Assembly: GCA_963727805.1 (NCBI GenBank)
Contig: CAVSHF010000003.1
Span: 2,397,327-2,461,326, forward strand
Direction: 5' to 3'
DNA length: 64,000 bases
Origin: an uncultured Nitrospiraceae bacterium
GTDB taxonomy: Bacteria; Nitrospirota; Thermodesulfovibrionia; Thermodesulfovibrionales; Dissulfurispiraceae
The first letter of the stretch is position 1; each line of letters starts with the position of its first letter. Of this stretch, positions 10,336 to 22,311 are shown one piece after another. Below the pieces are notes generated by a model, which searched no databases, was not told where the DNA came from, and saw nothing but the letters and a program-made list of their open reading frames with translations. The translations under genes and the position numbers were made by a program.

Positions 10336-10758
10336 ATGGACAAACACAAGAGCAATACTTCGCATTTTGCAGCAGCTGTTATCCTTGTTGTGGAGGATGA
10401 TCCAGTGCAGAGAGATATCCTCCAGATAATCCTTGCTGATGAGGGGTACCAGACGCATGTTGCGTCATCGGCTGAGGAGGCGCTAAAGGTGGCGAAAGCG
10501 TTAAAGCCGGATGTCGTTTTGACAGATCTTCGCATGCACAAAATGAATGGTATAGAACTCATGGAAGAACTCAGATCACAAGGGGATGCGCCGGAGGTGA
10601 TTATAATGTCCGCCTCTGGCACCCCCCTCATAATAGAGGAATCGGTAGGAAAGGGGGCGTTCAGTTTTATACAAAAACCTCTTGATATACCTCAAGTTTT
10701 ATTGAACATAAATCGGGCCTTAGGGATAAGTGCTAAATTCAAAAATCAGGATTATTGA
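10336..10758 (+). CDS. Single-domain response regulator (receiver)
   Basis: LVVEDD, VLTDLRM, IMSA, FIQKP. Confidence 0.85.
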   Translation: MDKHKSNTSHFAAAVILVVEDDPVQRDILQIILADEGYQTHVASSAEEALKVAKALKPDVVLTDLRMHKMNGIELMEELRSQGDAPEVIIMSASGTPLIIEESVGKGAFSFIQKPLDIPQVLLNINRALGISAKFKNQDY

Positions 10759-11032
10759 AACATCCTGGTAGCTTGGGGCAATGATCCAAAACTTATCGGG
10801 ACAAGTTATAGCAGAAGCGAGATGATCATCTTGTAGTTCTTGTTATAACCGTTACTGAAGAATCAATTCGCAAACAGCTGGCAATTGTCATTATTTCTCA
10901 GTCCCATTAGTCTGGTGACTATTCCTTTGATGAATTTAGGCAGAATCAAGAATTGTCATCACTGAGGCGAGATATTATTGTTACCTGCATGTTGAATGGT
11001 TATGCTTGTAGATAGGTTACAGGAGATGTCAG

Positions 11033-12169
11033 GTGAAAGGAATTCTGAGAATCGCTTTTAAGCTTCTGATTAATGACAAGGGGAAGTTTGCCGCTTTACT
11101 TGTCGGTATAACCTTTGCGGTCTTTTTGATGGTCATGATGACATCGATGTTTGCTGGTATTCTCCACAGGTCATCATCTACCGTATTAAACATCGGGGCC
11201 AAAATCTGGGTGATGGACCCCGCAGTAAACACCGTTGCGAGTAGCATCCCGATGCCAGATTATATCTTGGACGCGGTACGGAGCATCGACGGGGTCAAAT
11301 ATGCTGTCCCTTTGTATTCTGGAGCGGCTCTTGTTAAGCTTCGAAGCGGCGTCTATCAGGCCGCAACAGTCATTGGTCTCGACGATGCCAGTCTGTTCGG
11401 TAGACCAGAGTTGATTGAAGGACGAATTGAGGACATCTATGTTGAAAACGCATTTATCGTTGTTAAGGATTCTGAATTCCCGAAACTTGACAATCCAAAA
11501 TTGGGTTCGGAATTTGAGATAAATGACCACAAGGCAGTCATCCTCGGCATTGCAAAAGTCACTTCCAGCGGACTGTTCGGGATTCCAACCCTTTATACAA
11601 CATATAACAGGGCCATCCAGTATATACCTTCCACGAGGTATACCATCTCATATATCCTCATCGAGCCTAAGAGTGCAGCCGCAGTTCAGAACATTAAACT
11701 GCAGGTAAAGAATCTCGGTTACGAAGCGCTAACCAAAGGCGAATTTATCAATAAAATCTCGATGTTCTATAAATACCAGACAGGACTCGGCATCAATGTT
11801 CTGTTAATGACGGTAATAAGTTTTATAGTGGGCCTCTCCATTTCGGGGCAAACTTTTTATACGTTCATACTGGAAAACCTCGAAAAGTTCGGGGCCTTGA
11901 AAGCTATAGGGGCCAAGGGACGCGAACTCGTATACATGATAATGTTTCAGGCAACCTTTACCTGTTTGACAGGCTATGGCCTTGGCATCGGCCTAAGCTC
12001 CCTCATAATAGCCTTTGCAAAACTCAGGCTTCCGAGCTACGCAGCCCAGATAACCTACGGGAATCTCGCGTTTGCATTTATCATGGTACTCATAATAGCG
12101 GGTATTTCGAGTTATATTGGAATAAGAAAGGTCATCAAAATAGAACCTTTCGATATCTTCAGAGGGTGA
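11033..12169 (+). CDS. ABC transporter permease (FtsX/MacB-like)
   Basis: N-terminal TM, periplasmic domain, FGALKAIGA and three C-terminal TMs. Confidence 0.85.
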   Translation: MKGILRIAFKLLINDKGKFAALLVGITFAVFLMVMMTSMFAGILHRSSSTVLNIGAKIWVMDPAVNTVASSIPMPDYILDAVRSIDGVKYAVPLYSGAALVKLRSGVYQAATVIGLDDASLFGRPELIEGRIEDIYVENAFIVVKDSEFPKLDNPKLGSEFEINDHKAVILGIAKVTSSGLFGIPTLYTTYNRAIQYIPSTRYTISYILIEPKSAAAVQNIKLQVKNLGYEALTKGEFINKISMFYKYQTGLGINVLLMTVISFIVGLSISGQTFYTFILENLEKFGALKAIGAKGRELVYMIMFQATFTCLTGYGLGIGLSSLIIAFAKLRLPSYAAQITYGNLAFAFIMVLIIAGISSYIGIRKVIKIEPFDIFRG

Positions 12170-12170
12170 T

Positions 12171-12875
12171 ATGGCCGATCTCGCTATAAAAGCTGACGAA
12201 CTCGTCAAATGGTTTGGAGAAGGGGACACAAAGACCGTCGCTGTAAAAGACGTCAGCTTTGAAGCCTACTTCGGGGAGATGCTCTATATAGAAGGTCCGT
12301 CCGGCAGCGGCAAGACAACTTTGCTCAGCATGATTTCCGGGATTCTTCGGCCCAATTCAGGCAGAGTGACAGTGGAAGGCAAGGATATTTGGAGTTTGCC
12401 CGCCGACCAGATTGCGGATTTCAGATTGAATACGGTCGGATTCGTTTTTCAGGACTATCACCTCTTTCCAAGACTGACCACGGTTGAAAACGTTGCAATT
12501 CCCCTGATCCTGAAAAAAGTCGACTGGAATGAATCTCTCAGGATGTCTCTACAATATCTTGAAGTAGTAGGGTTGAAGGACAGGGCCCAACTTACTCCGA
12601 CCAAATTAAGCGGAGGGGAGCAGCAACGTGTGGCCATCGCACGAGCAATCGTCAGCAGTCCCGATATACTCATATTTGACGAACCGACCGCTTCGCTTGA
12701 CGGGGATACGGGAAGAAGAATCGTAGATTTCGTAAAGAAAAACATATTAAATGAGAAGAGGTGCATTTTGATCGTCACTCATGACAGCCGAATATTCGAA
12801 TACGCTGACAGGATAATGAAGATGGAGGACGGTAAGATTACGGGGGTCGTCAAAGGAGGGGTACGTGAGGAATAA
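12171..12875 (+). CDS. ABC transporter ATP-binding protein
   Basis: GPSGSGKT, LSGGEQQRV, IFDEPT, VTHD. Confidence 0.93.
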   Translation: MADLAIKADELVKWFGEGDTKTVAVKDVSFEAYFGEMLYIEGPSGSGKTTLLSMISGILRPNSGRVTVEGKDIWSLPADQIADFRLNTVGFVFQDYHLFPRLTTVENVAIPLILKKVDWNESLRMSLQYLEVVGLKDRAQLTPTKLSGGEQQRVAIARAIVSSPDILIFDEPTASLDGDTGRRIVDFVKKNILNEKRCILIVTHDSRIFEYADRIMKMEDGKITGVVKGGVREE

Positions 12876-13950
12876 GGTTTTATTCACCCTTGCAATCATA
12901 GGACTCATAGCCGGGATAATCAGCGCTTATATCTATGGCCTACAAAAAAAACCGCAGCCCCCGGTCTTCAATCCGGCTTCCAATCCTTATGAGAAGGGAA
13001 TTTATGCGAGTTGTATAACCGAAAGCTATCAAAACAATGGGGCGAATATCAATATTTATCCTGAAGTGACCGGAACGATTCTTAAGATCCCCGTTGCTGA
13101 AGGCGATAGTATATCCAAGGGAACACCGTTGCTCATCATGGATGATTCCGTTCAAAGGGCGACCACCGAGCAGCAGAAATCACAGGCGGAAGCTGCTGGT
13201 GCCTTGCTCGAAGAACTTAAGGCCCAACCTAGAAAAGAAAGTCTGGAGGTAGCAAAGGCACAGGTTGAGTCGACCAACGCAAGCCTCAGGACCGCTCAGG
13301 ACCAGTTGGACAAGCAAAGAAAGTCATATGAATTGAATCCGAAGTCTGTGAGTAAAGACACCTTGGACAATGCGGAAAATGCTGTCAGGGTGACGAAGGC
13401 TAACCTCGAAGTAGCCAGGAAGCAGTACGAACTTACCCAGGCGGGCGCCTGGATTTATGATATAAGAAACCAGGAGAAGCAGTACAATGCATTGTCAAAG
13501 GCTTACACGGCTTCGAATTCCCTGCTCGCTAAATACACCATAAAGGCTCCTGTTAATGGAGTTATCCTTTCGATTAGTGCCGCTGTTGGCAGCTACATAT
13601 CCCCGCAAGGTATATATGACACGTATACCCAGGGATTCAGCCCCGTTATTGTCATGGGAAGTGCTCAGGATTACATTGGCGTCAGATGTTATGTTGATGA
13701 AATCCTCATACACAAAATGCCTCAGGCATCGCATATGAATGCGCAGATGTCGATTAGAGGCACGGATATTCATATCCCTCTGGAATATGTGCGAGTTCAG
13801 CCTTATGTTTCTCCCAAGATTGAATTGTCTAATCAAAGGACCGAAAGGGTGGATGTAAGAGTATTGCCGGTAATATTCAGGTTTGAGCGGTCAAAGGACT
13901 TAAACATTTACCCCGGGCAACTGGTAGATGTTTATATAGGGGAGAAATAA
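12865..13950 (+). CDS. HlyD-family periplasmic adaptor
   Basis: N-terminal anchor, lipoyl half-motifs (VAEGDSISKG, IKAPVNG), coiled coil, RVDVRVLPV. Confidence 0.85.
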   Translation: MRNKVLFTLAIIGLIAGIISAYIYGLQKKPQPPVFNPASNPYEKGIYASCITESYQNNGANINIYPEVTGTILKIPVAEGDSISKGTPLLIMDDSVQRATTEQQKSQAEAAGALLEELKAQPRKESLEVAKAQVESTNASLRTAQDQLDKQRKSYELNPKSVSKDTLDNAENAVRVTKANLEVARKQYELTQAGAWIYDIRNQEKQYNALSKAYTASNSLLAKYTIKAPVNGVILSISAAVGSYISPQGIYDTYTQGFSPVIVMGSAQDYIGVRCYVDEILIHKMPQASHMNAQMSIRGTDIHIPLEYVRVQPYVSPKIELSNQRTERVDVRVLPVIFRFERSKDLNIYPGQLVDVYIGEK

Positions 13951-13978
13951 GCAGGAAGACTCTGGAAGGGAATAGAAA

Positions 13979-15505
13979 ATGTTATCTTATCGACAAAGCG
14001 GGGACCGCCGGAAATGGAAGTATTCAGCTGGCGCCAATGTAGCTGCACGATTGGCATTGGCCGGAATGTGCACGTTCTTCTTTTTCTGGATTTTCGGTTG
14101 TGCCGTGGGGCCTAACTTTGTCCGTCCTGAATCTCCATCGGTTTCGCGGTATACTCATGAGACACAGCCCACTTCAACAGTCACGGCAGACGGTCAGGCG
14201 CAGCAATTTATCGAGGGCGGGGAGATTGCCTCAGACTGGTGGCGTTTTTTCAACTCAACCAAGCTTGACACCCTTATGAGGGCGGCCTTTGCCAACAATC
14301 AAACTCTGCAGGCTGCCCAGGCAAGCCTGCGCCAAAGCCAGGAGAACCTGAGGGCCGGTTACGGGGTTTTCTTTCCGCAGGTTGATGCCAGTTTTGATGC
14401 TGTACGTCAAAAGTCCTCATTGGCCCGGTTCGGCGAAGGTTCCACAAGTAAAATCTTTAATCTCTTCACCCTATCGGCTACTGTCAGTTATGCCCTTGAT
14501 GTATTTGGCGGCGAGCGGCGTGCCGTAGAGAGCCTGCAGGCACAGGTTGACTATCAGCACTCTACAGGTCTGGGCACTTATCTGACGCTGTCAGGTAATA
14601 TTGTGAACGCCGTTATTGCGCAAGCGGCTTACCGCGAACAGATTAAGGCTACCGAGCAAATGATCGAATTGCTCAGGGAGCAAGCCTGTATTACAGAAAC
14701 GCAGGCTCAAACAGGCATCATTCCTTACTCAAACGTGCTAAGCATTCAAAGCCAGCTTGCTGCTACAGAAGCGACACTTCCACCGCTCCGGCAAAAGTTC
14801 AGTCAAACCGAACACTTACTTGCCGTCCTGGAAGGGCTAACACCAGCTGAATTTATTCCGCCACAGTTTACTTTGGCAGAGCTCACTCTTCCCAGCAATC
14901 TGCCGGTAATCGTGCCATCTGAGTTAGTACGCCGACGGCCTGATATTCTTGCAACGGAGGCGGAGCTCCATAGTGCCAGCGCCGATATCGGCGTGGCTAC
15001 AGCGGCTTTATACCCGAGTTTCACTTTAAATGGCACTTACGGGCAGACTAACACATCACTTAATAACTTTTTCAAACATACCAATAGTTTTTGGAGCGTA
15101 GGCCCAGACGTTACGGCTCCGTTGTTTCATGGCGGAACTTTGTGGTTTAAGCGGCGTGCGGCCATTGAAGGCTACAACCAGGCTCTAGCCAACTATCGTC
15201 AAACCGTCCTCAGTGCCTTTGCTCAGGTTGCCGATACACTGCGAGCATTGGAACACGACGCGGAAGCTGTGCAAGCACAGTCACGGGCCCTTATCGCAGC
15301 AGAAGATGCGCTGTCGTTAATACAGGCAAATTACGAGGCCGGCACCGTCAACTATCTGCAAGTCCTTATTGCGGATGGTCAATACCATCAGGCAAAGATA
15401 GGCTATATCCAGGCACAGGCCCTTCGGCTTCAGGACACTGTTGCGCTTTTCGTTGCTATTGGAGGTGGATGGTGGAATGACGAGGAAAAAGTCCCAGGGA
15501 CCTAA
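13979..15505 (+). CDS. Outer-membrane efflux lipoprotein (NodT/OprM family)
   Basis: GCAVGPNF lipobox, PSELVRRRPDI, LFVAIGGGW. Confidence 0.9.
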   Translation: MLSYRQSGDRRKWKYSAGANVAARLALAGMCTFFFFWIFGCAVGPNFVRPESPSVSRYTHETQPTSTVTADGQAQQFIEGGEIASDWWRFFNSTKLDTLMRAAFANNQTLQAAQASLRQSQENLRAGYGVFFPQVDASFDAVRQKSSLARFGEGSTSKIFNLFTLSATVSYALDVFGGERRAVESLQAQVDYQHSTGLGTYLTLSGNIVNAVIAQAAYREQIKATEQMIELLREQACITETQAQTGIIPYSNVLSIQSQLAATEATLPPLRQKFSQTEHLLAVLEGLTPAEFIPPQFTLAELTLPSNLPVIVPSELVRRRPDILATEAELHSASADIGVATAALYPSFTLNGTYGQTNTSLNNFFKHTNSFWSVGPDVTAPLFHGGTLWFKRRAAIEGYNQALANYRQTVLSAFAQVADTLRALEHDAEAVQAQSRALIAAEDALSLIQANYEAGTVNYLQVLIADGQYHQAKIGYIQAQALRLQDTVALFVAIGGGWWNDEEKVPGT

Positions 15506-15769
15506 TGGGCCAGGGCCTGCAGTTTGTAATTAGACGAACTGTGGGTAGAGCGAAGAGAAGCGAATTTTAATGCTGTGGACAGTGCATGGATACTACGGGA
15601 ATGAACGGGTAAATACTATTCTTGAATAAAGCGTGGTCATTCCGCTCTATGTCTACAGGTATATAAGATCGGTTCCAAAGGGATAGATCCGGAACGATCT
15701 TGAAACCAGCTAATTTTAAGAAGAACTATTGCAAAAGCTGATGCCAGTTTCGCATAAGCACGGGACCAA

Positions 15770-16669
15770 ATGAAAATATTACTTACAACGGATGGTTCAA
15801 AATATTCGGAATATGTGGCAGAGTTTCTTACTCGTCTCAATTGGTCTGCAGATGATACTATTATTGTTTTTCATGCCATATTTTGGATGCCCTTTGGATA
15901 TAATCAGGCTGCCTATCTCAGTACTCTCAGGGAAATCAAAAATGAGATTGCGCCAAGAATTATTGATTCTGCACTTGATATTCTAAAACCAGTTCAAGCA
16001 TTAAAAAGCGTGGTGCTTGAAGATGGAGCTCCTGAGCAATGCATTGTTGAAGTGGCTCTCAAGTTGGAAGTTGATATGATAGTTATTGGAGCTAGAGGTC
16101 TAAAAGCTATTGAGGCTCTCTTCATCGGTAGCGTAACAAGCTCACTTGCAGTCAGTGCACCGAAACCTGTTCTCATCGTAAAGCGTCCGACATATTCAAG
16201 CTTAGGCCCGATGAAAATTCTCTTTGCCACCGATGGATCTGAACATTCTCTTGCTACTGAAGAATTTTTATCTTCCGTTCCGTTTACGGATAATACAGAA
16301 GTAACGATATTGAATGTGACGTGGTCTACCGGCAGTGATATTCCAGATCGCTTTATCAAAGGAAGTGATGAATTGATGAAGGTCGCAGCAGACATGCTAT
16401 CAGTTGAAATTACAGAAGCTGAAAAGATCATCCAGGGAGCTGCTGAGCGCCTAATGAAACGATTTAAGAATATACATTTGATATCTAAGAGGGGAGATCC
16501 ACCAAGCGAGATACTGAAAACAGCCGAGGAGACAGAGGCAGACATAATAGCTGTCGGCTGCAGAGGCCTAAGGGGAATTAAGAGTATATTGGGTAGCGTG
16601 TCGAGAAATGTCCTTACACACTCGAAATGTTCTGTTTTAGTCGGGAAGATGTGCACAGTAAAGGATTGA
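15770..16669 (+). CDS. Universal stress protein (tandem USP domains)
   Basis: Two KILxxTDGS...GxRG...GSVS/T repeats. Confidence 0.88.
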   Translation: MKILLTTDGSKYSEYVAEFLTRLNWSADDTIIVFHAIFWMPFGYNQAAYLSTLREIKNEIAPRIIDSALDILKPVQALKSVVLEDGAPEQCIVEVALKLEVDMIVIGARGLKAIEALFIGSVTSSLAVSAPKPVLIVKRPTYSSLGPMKILFATDGSEHSLATEEFLSSVPFTDNTEVTILNVTWSTGSDIPDRFIKGSDELMKVAADMLSVEITEAEKIIQGAAERLMKRFKNIHLISKRGDPPSEILKTAEETEADIIAVGCRGLRGIKSILGSVSRNVLTHSKCSVLVGKMCTVKD

Positions 16670-17064
16670 TACTGTCAAGTTTTTTCAGAGATTCAGGGGG
16701 CTCTTCAATGTTGCTGCACGAGATCTGAAACAGGGCTGCTACATTATCCTTAGGCTTGCCCCAGGGATTCGTCGATGCAGCCCATATAGGAAGGAAAATG
16801 GTTCGAGTTGGAACCCACAGGGGTATAATTTACGATTAATAATCCCCCAAAGTCGGCAGTCGCGAGAGAAGAAGCAAGTTGTTTTACTATTATCCATGAT
16901 TATGCTCGTGGGTGCTTGCGATTATTCCAAGGAGAAGGACGCCGTAAAAAGACTTGAGCTTGCAGAGAAATGCGGCAAAAACTTTGTTGTTTACAAAAGA
17001 CTTCCACCCCCCTGAAAAATTAAGAACTATATTGTTAAGCGAAACTTTATTATTCGCGGACAAA

Positions 17065-17149
17065 TGGTGCCGAAGGCGGGACTCGAACCCGCATAGGTTT
17101 CCCCACACGCCCCTCAAACGTGCGTGTCTACCAGTTCCACCACTTCGGC
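17065..17149 (-). tRNA. tRNA-Leu(GAG)
   Basis: GCCGAAG..CTTCGGC acceptor stem, anticodon loop TTGAGGG, long variable arm, GTTCGAGTCCC, encoded CCA. Confidence 0.95.
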
Positions 17150-17985
17150 ATGAATGAGCAGATATGAATAATACCAGTAATTGCGAAAGGTTTTCAAGTA
17201 GTATGATTATTAATAATTGATGCGGGAATCGAGAGGGAGAGGACAAGGACCTCGACAGTCGACACTCCAGCACGTTTTACGGTTGCTGCATACTTCCGAG
17301 TTATTGCTTCGGTAATTATCACGCCATACACCTGCAGCAGTCGCTTTCCGCTGATGCCTCCATAAATGGGTTAGCCTTTTTGAGGTGGGTGCTGCGATCC
17401 TTTTAGCTCATTTCCGTTTGGAGTTTTGTCTCGCTCGTGCATTTCAGTGAAGTCAAAAGCAGTGGCGTCTTCGATGCCTTCGATAAAGAAGCCAAGAAGG
17501 GCTGACTGGTTGAATTTGCGTTGTTTAAGTTTGTTCGAATGAAGCGGAATGGATGCAAACCAATCTCAGAGGTCGAGAGGAATATCACCAGAAGATCGTT
17601 CAAGGCCTGTTAGAGGCATTTGATGCCGACGAATTTGAGAAGATAGCCCGATTTCAACGGCCCATCGAAGATGCCATATTAAATGATTTTCAAAAAGGGT
17701 GACTCTGATCTGAGGTTCTCTGCACATATGCTGGTGTGCTGAGACGTAGTTGGTAAACCGCAGATCTAACAGCAGGGGCCCTTATATCAATCAATTGACG
17801 CTCATAACTAATTACAAAGCGCATTTTGATGGTGGCTATCGGAATGGGAATTGCAGACAAGACATTGTGACGAGAAGTTGACTTTGCGGACGAGTCATAA
17901 TAAGTGCAGAAGGGGGTAGACAGGATGAACATAAAAGAGTATCCACCTCTTCATACTCTTGAATTCTGACTTCTGTAGTCTTAAA

Positions 17986-19290
<1,305 letters not shown>

Positions 19291-19340
19291 TCATAAACGT
19301 GCAAGCTCCCCTGTCTGTCCCCCTGAAAATACATTGCGTA

Positions 19341-20918
19341 TTACATGCCGATTACCTTAACGTCAAGGATATTGGGTAGTTTCTGGATCTCTTTGAGCAC
19401 CTTGTCAGTGACAGGCGAATCGATATTGACCACCGAGATCGCCATCCCACCAGCTAACTCCCTGCCGAAGTGCATCCGCGCGATATTAATATTGTTTCTG
19501 CCCATTACAGTGCCGATATTGCCGATAACACCTGGCTTGTCATTATTGTGCATAAGGAGCATGTTGCCCTCGGGGACAATCTCGACATTAAAGTTGTTTA
19601 TCCTCACGATCCAGGGGTCTCGCTTGCTGAAGAGAGTACCGGCGACATAAAGCTCCTTCTTTGGGGCTTTAATGGTAAGTGATATAAGACTCTGATAGTC
19701 CCCCGAATCCTTGCTCTTTGTCTCTTTGACCTCAATGCCGCGTTCCTTTGCGATCAAGGGGGCATTGACGAAGTTGACCGTCTCCTGGAGGATTGGTGCT
19801 AGGAGCCCTTTTATCGCGGCGATGGTTACAGGCGAGGTGTTCAACTCCGATGCCTCTCCTCCATACTCGATATTTACCCCGGTTATACCACCTTCGAATA
19901 TTTGAGAGGCGAATGCCCCGAGCTTTTCTGCAAGTGATATATACGGCTGCAGCACTGCAACCTGGTCCGCCGGAATTGAGGGGAAGTTGACGGCATTCCT
20001 TATAGTATTGAAGACGAGATAGTCTCGGATCTGTTCGGCGACTGCAACGGCGACATTCTCCTGCGCCTCAGTCGTTGATGCGCCGAGGTGTGGTGTGCAG
20101 ACGACCTTTTCATGTCCTACGAGAGGATTGTTCTCGGGGGGTTCTTTTTCGAAGACATCGAGAGCAGCCCCTGCAACCTTTCCATCGTTGAGGGCATCGA
20201 GTAGGTCCTTCTCGTTAATGATGCCGCCGCGGGCGCAGTTGATGAGGTAAACGCCGTCTTTCATCGTTTTAATTGTTTTGGAGTTGATGAGGCTTTTCGT
20301 CTCAGCAGTCAATGGGGTATGGACGGTGATAAAATCGGCTTTCCTCATGACTTCAGCGATTTCGCCCTTTTGAATACCAATACTTTTCGCCTTCCCTTCG
20401 CTGAGGAAAGGATCATATGCGATAACACTCATCCCCATGCACAAGGCCCTGCGTGCAACCTCGCCGCCAATATTGCCCAGACCGATAACGCCGAGTGTTT
20501 TATTGTAAAGCTCGACTCCCATGAATTTCTTCTTCTCCCACTTGCCAGACGCCATGGACGCATTAGCCTGGGGGGTCTTGCGGGCTATCGAGAACATCAG
20601 CGCTATGGCGTGTTCGGCTGTCGTTACCGTATTGCCGCCAGGAGTGTTCATAACGACGATCCCTTTTTTTGAAGCGGTGACCTTATCCACATTGTCCAGA
20701 CCGGAGCCGGCCCTCCCGACAACCTTCAGATTCGTTGCTGCGCCAATTATCTCAGCCGTAACCTTTGTCGCGCTCCTGATCACAAGACCGTGATATTTAC
20801 CAATGATTGCCTTGAGTTCCTCGGGTTTGAGGCCAGTCTTGACATCAACCTCAAGCCCCGCAACCCTAAGGATTTCTATGCATTTTGGCGATATGCTATC
20901 GCTTATCAGGACTTTCAT
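19341..20918 (-). CDS. serA: D-3-phosphoglycerate dehydrogenase (long form with ASB/ACT domains)
   Basis: MKVLISD start after AAGGAG; GRAGSGLDNVD, GLGNIG, TPHLGAST, C-terminal ACT DKPGVIG. Confidence 0.95.
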   Translation of the reverse strand: MKVLISDSISPKCIEILRVAGLEVDVKTGLKPEELKAIIGKYHGLVIRSATKVTAEIIGAATNLKVVGRAGSGLDNVDKVTASKKGIVVMNTPGGNTVTTAEHAIALMFSIARKTPQANASMASGKWEKKKFMGVELYNKTLGVIGLGNIGGEVARRALCMGMSVIAYDPFLSEGKAKSIGIQKGEIAEVMRKADFITVHTPLTAETKSLINSKTIKTMKDGVYLINCARGGIINEKDLLDALNDGKVAGAALDVFEKEPPENNPLVGHEKVVCTPHLGASTTEAQENVAVAVAEQIRDYLVFNTIRNAVNFPSIPADQVAVLQPYISLAEKLGAFASQIFEGGITGVNIEYGGEASELNTSPVTIAAIKGLLAPILQETVNFVNAPLIAKERGIEVKETKSKDSGDYQSLISLTIKAPKKELYVAGTLFSKRDPWIVRINNFNVEIVPEGNMLLMHNNDKPGVIGNIGTVMGRNNINIARMHFGRELAGGMAISVVNIDSPVTDKVLKEIQKLPNILDVKVIGM

Positions 20919-21007
20919 CTGCACTGTCTCCTTTATACAGAGTTTGGCCATAAAGATTCGCGATAAACAGGATGCCTTCAGCCGCGAATCCTGTGGCCGT
21001 GAATATT

Positions 21008-22147
21008 TTATTTCATTAAAAGCTCTTGGGCAATTGCGACGCCTGTGCCGAGCTTGACCGCGTACCCGAGGTCCTTGAGCACCATCTCGATGGCCGCGAT
21101 GCCGGTGATAACATCGAAAGTGTCCGCATAGCCTAAATGGGCGAGCCTGAATATCTTGCCTTTTGCCTTGTCCTGCCCGCCGGCACCCGTGATGCCGTAT
21201 TTTTCTCTGAGGTTTTTGTAGATCATCTGACCATCGATGCCATGAGGTGCCTCGATTGCGGTTACCGAGTTGCTTGGGGATTCTTTTGAATAGATTCCGC
21301 ACCCGATTGCCTTTACCGCCTCCCGTGTGGCATGGGCCAACCTGGCATGCCGTGCGAAGACATTTTCGAGACCCTCCTTCTGGAGCATCTTGATCGCCTC
21401 ATTGAGGCCGATGATCAGGGTGACGGCGGAAGTAAAATTAGTCTGGTTCTTTGCTAGGTTCTCCCGTTCCTTCTTGAAGTTGAAATAGAACCTCGGCATC
21501 TTTGACGATTCGTTTCTCTTCCATGCCTTTTCGCTTACGGCGACAAAGGCGAGGCCGGGCGGAAGCATTAAACCCTTCTGCGAGCCTCCGATCATAATGT
21601 CGATACCCCACGCGTCGGTCTTGATATCTTGCGCGACAAGGGCACTGATTGCATCGACGACGAAGAGCGTATTATCAAAATTTTTGATGACCTTGGCAAG
21701 GCCTTCAATGTCATGGTAGACTCCGGTTGAAGTTTCTGTCGCCTGAACAAAGACTCCCTTAATTTCAGGATTTTTTTTCAAAGTTGCTTCGACCACTGCA
21801 GGTTTTACCGAATACCCCCATTCGACAACGATCTCTTGAACGTTCAGTCCGTAAGCCTGACAGATCTTCGTCCATCTCTCGCCAAACTTGCCGCCATTAA
21901 CAACGAGCACCTTGTCGCCGGGATTGAAGAAATTATTGACTGAGCCGACCATTCCGCCTGTGCCGGTAGAGCAAAGGATAAGGACATCGTTTTTCGTTTG
22001 GAAGATCCACTGAAGCCCCTTTTTGGCCGAGTCGATGATCGGCAGGAAATCGGGTGAGCGGTGGTGGATCATCGGCATTGCCATGGAAAGAAGGACCTCT
22101 GCGGGGACCGGCGTCGGACCCGGGGCCAATAGGTATTTTTTCAACAT
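21008..22147 (-). CDS. Class V PLP aminotransferase (serine-pyruvate/alanine-glyoxylate type; likely phosphoserine aminotransferase role)
   Basis: LLAPGPTPVP, ETSTGV, VDAIS, GSQKGLMLPPG; directly upstream of serA. Confidence 0.88.
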   Translation of the reverse strand: MLKKYLLAPGPTPVPAEVLLSMAMPMIHHRSPDFLPIIDSAKKGLQWIFQTKNDVLILCSTGTGGMVGSVNNFFNPGDKVLVVNGGKFGERWTKICQAYGLNVQEIVVEWGYSVKPAVVEATLKKNPEIKGVFVQATETSTGVYHDIEGLAKVIKNFDNTLFVVDAISALVAQDIKTDAWGIDIMIGGSQKGLMLPPGLAFVAVSEKAWKRNESSKMPRFYFNFKKERENLAKNQTNFTSAVTLIIGLNEAIKMLQKEGLENVFARHARLAHATREAVKAIGCGIYSKESPSNSVTAIEAPHGIDGQMIYKNLREKYGITGAGGQDKAKGKIFRLAHLGYADTFDVITGIAAIEMVLKDLGYAVKLGTGVAIAQELLMK

Positions 22148-22311
22148 AAAGCTAACCTCCGGAACAGTATTAGTATGCAAGTTTCCTTTAGTGCAAGATA
22201 GTATAATAATACAAACGGCCAGTCTTTGAAAAGACTACGATAAAGGAGTAAAATAGCGGGCATGGAAACATATCACAAAAATTAAGTTTAAATAAATCAG
22301 GAGCTATCATT

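Noticed and set aside
16797..16825. TGGTTCGAGTTGGAACCCACAGG as an att duplicate of the tRNA-Leu 3' end
   Set aside because: Only patchy similarity and no integrase nearby
20683..20691. DnaA box TTATCCACA
   Set aside because: Single copy inside serA; no DnaA-box cluster seen, so oriC is not called
20919..21302. N-terminal extension of the 653-aa serA ORF
   Set aside because: Overlaps the aminotransferase in another frame; the real start is 20918 with an RBS
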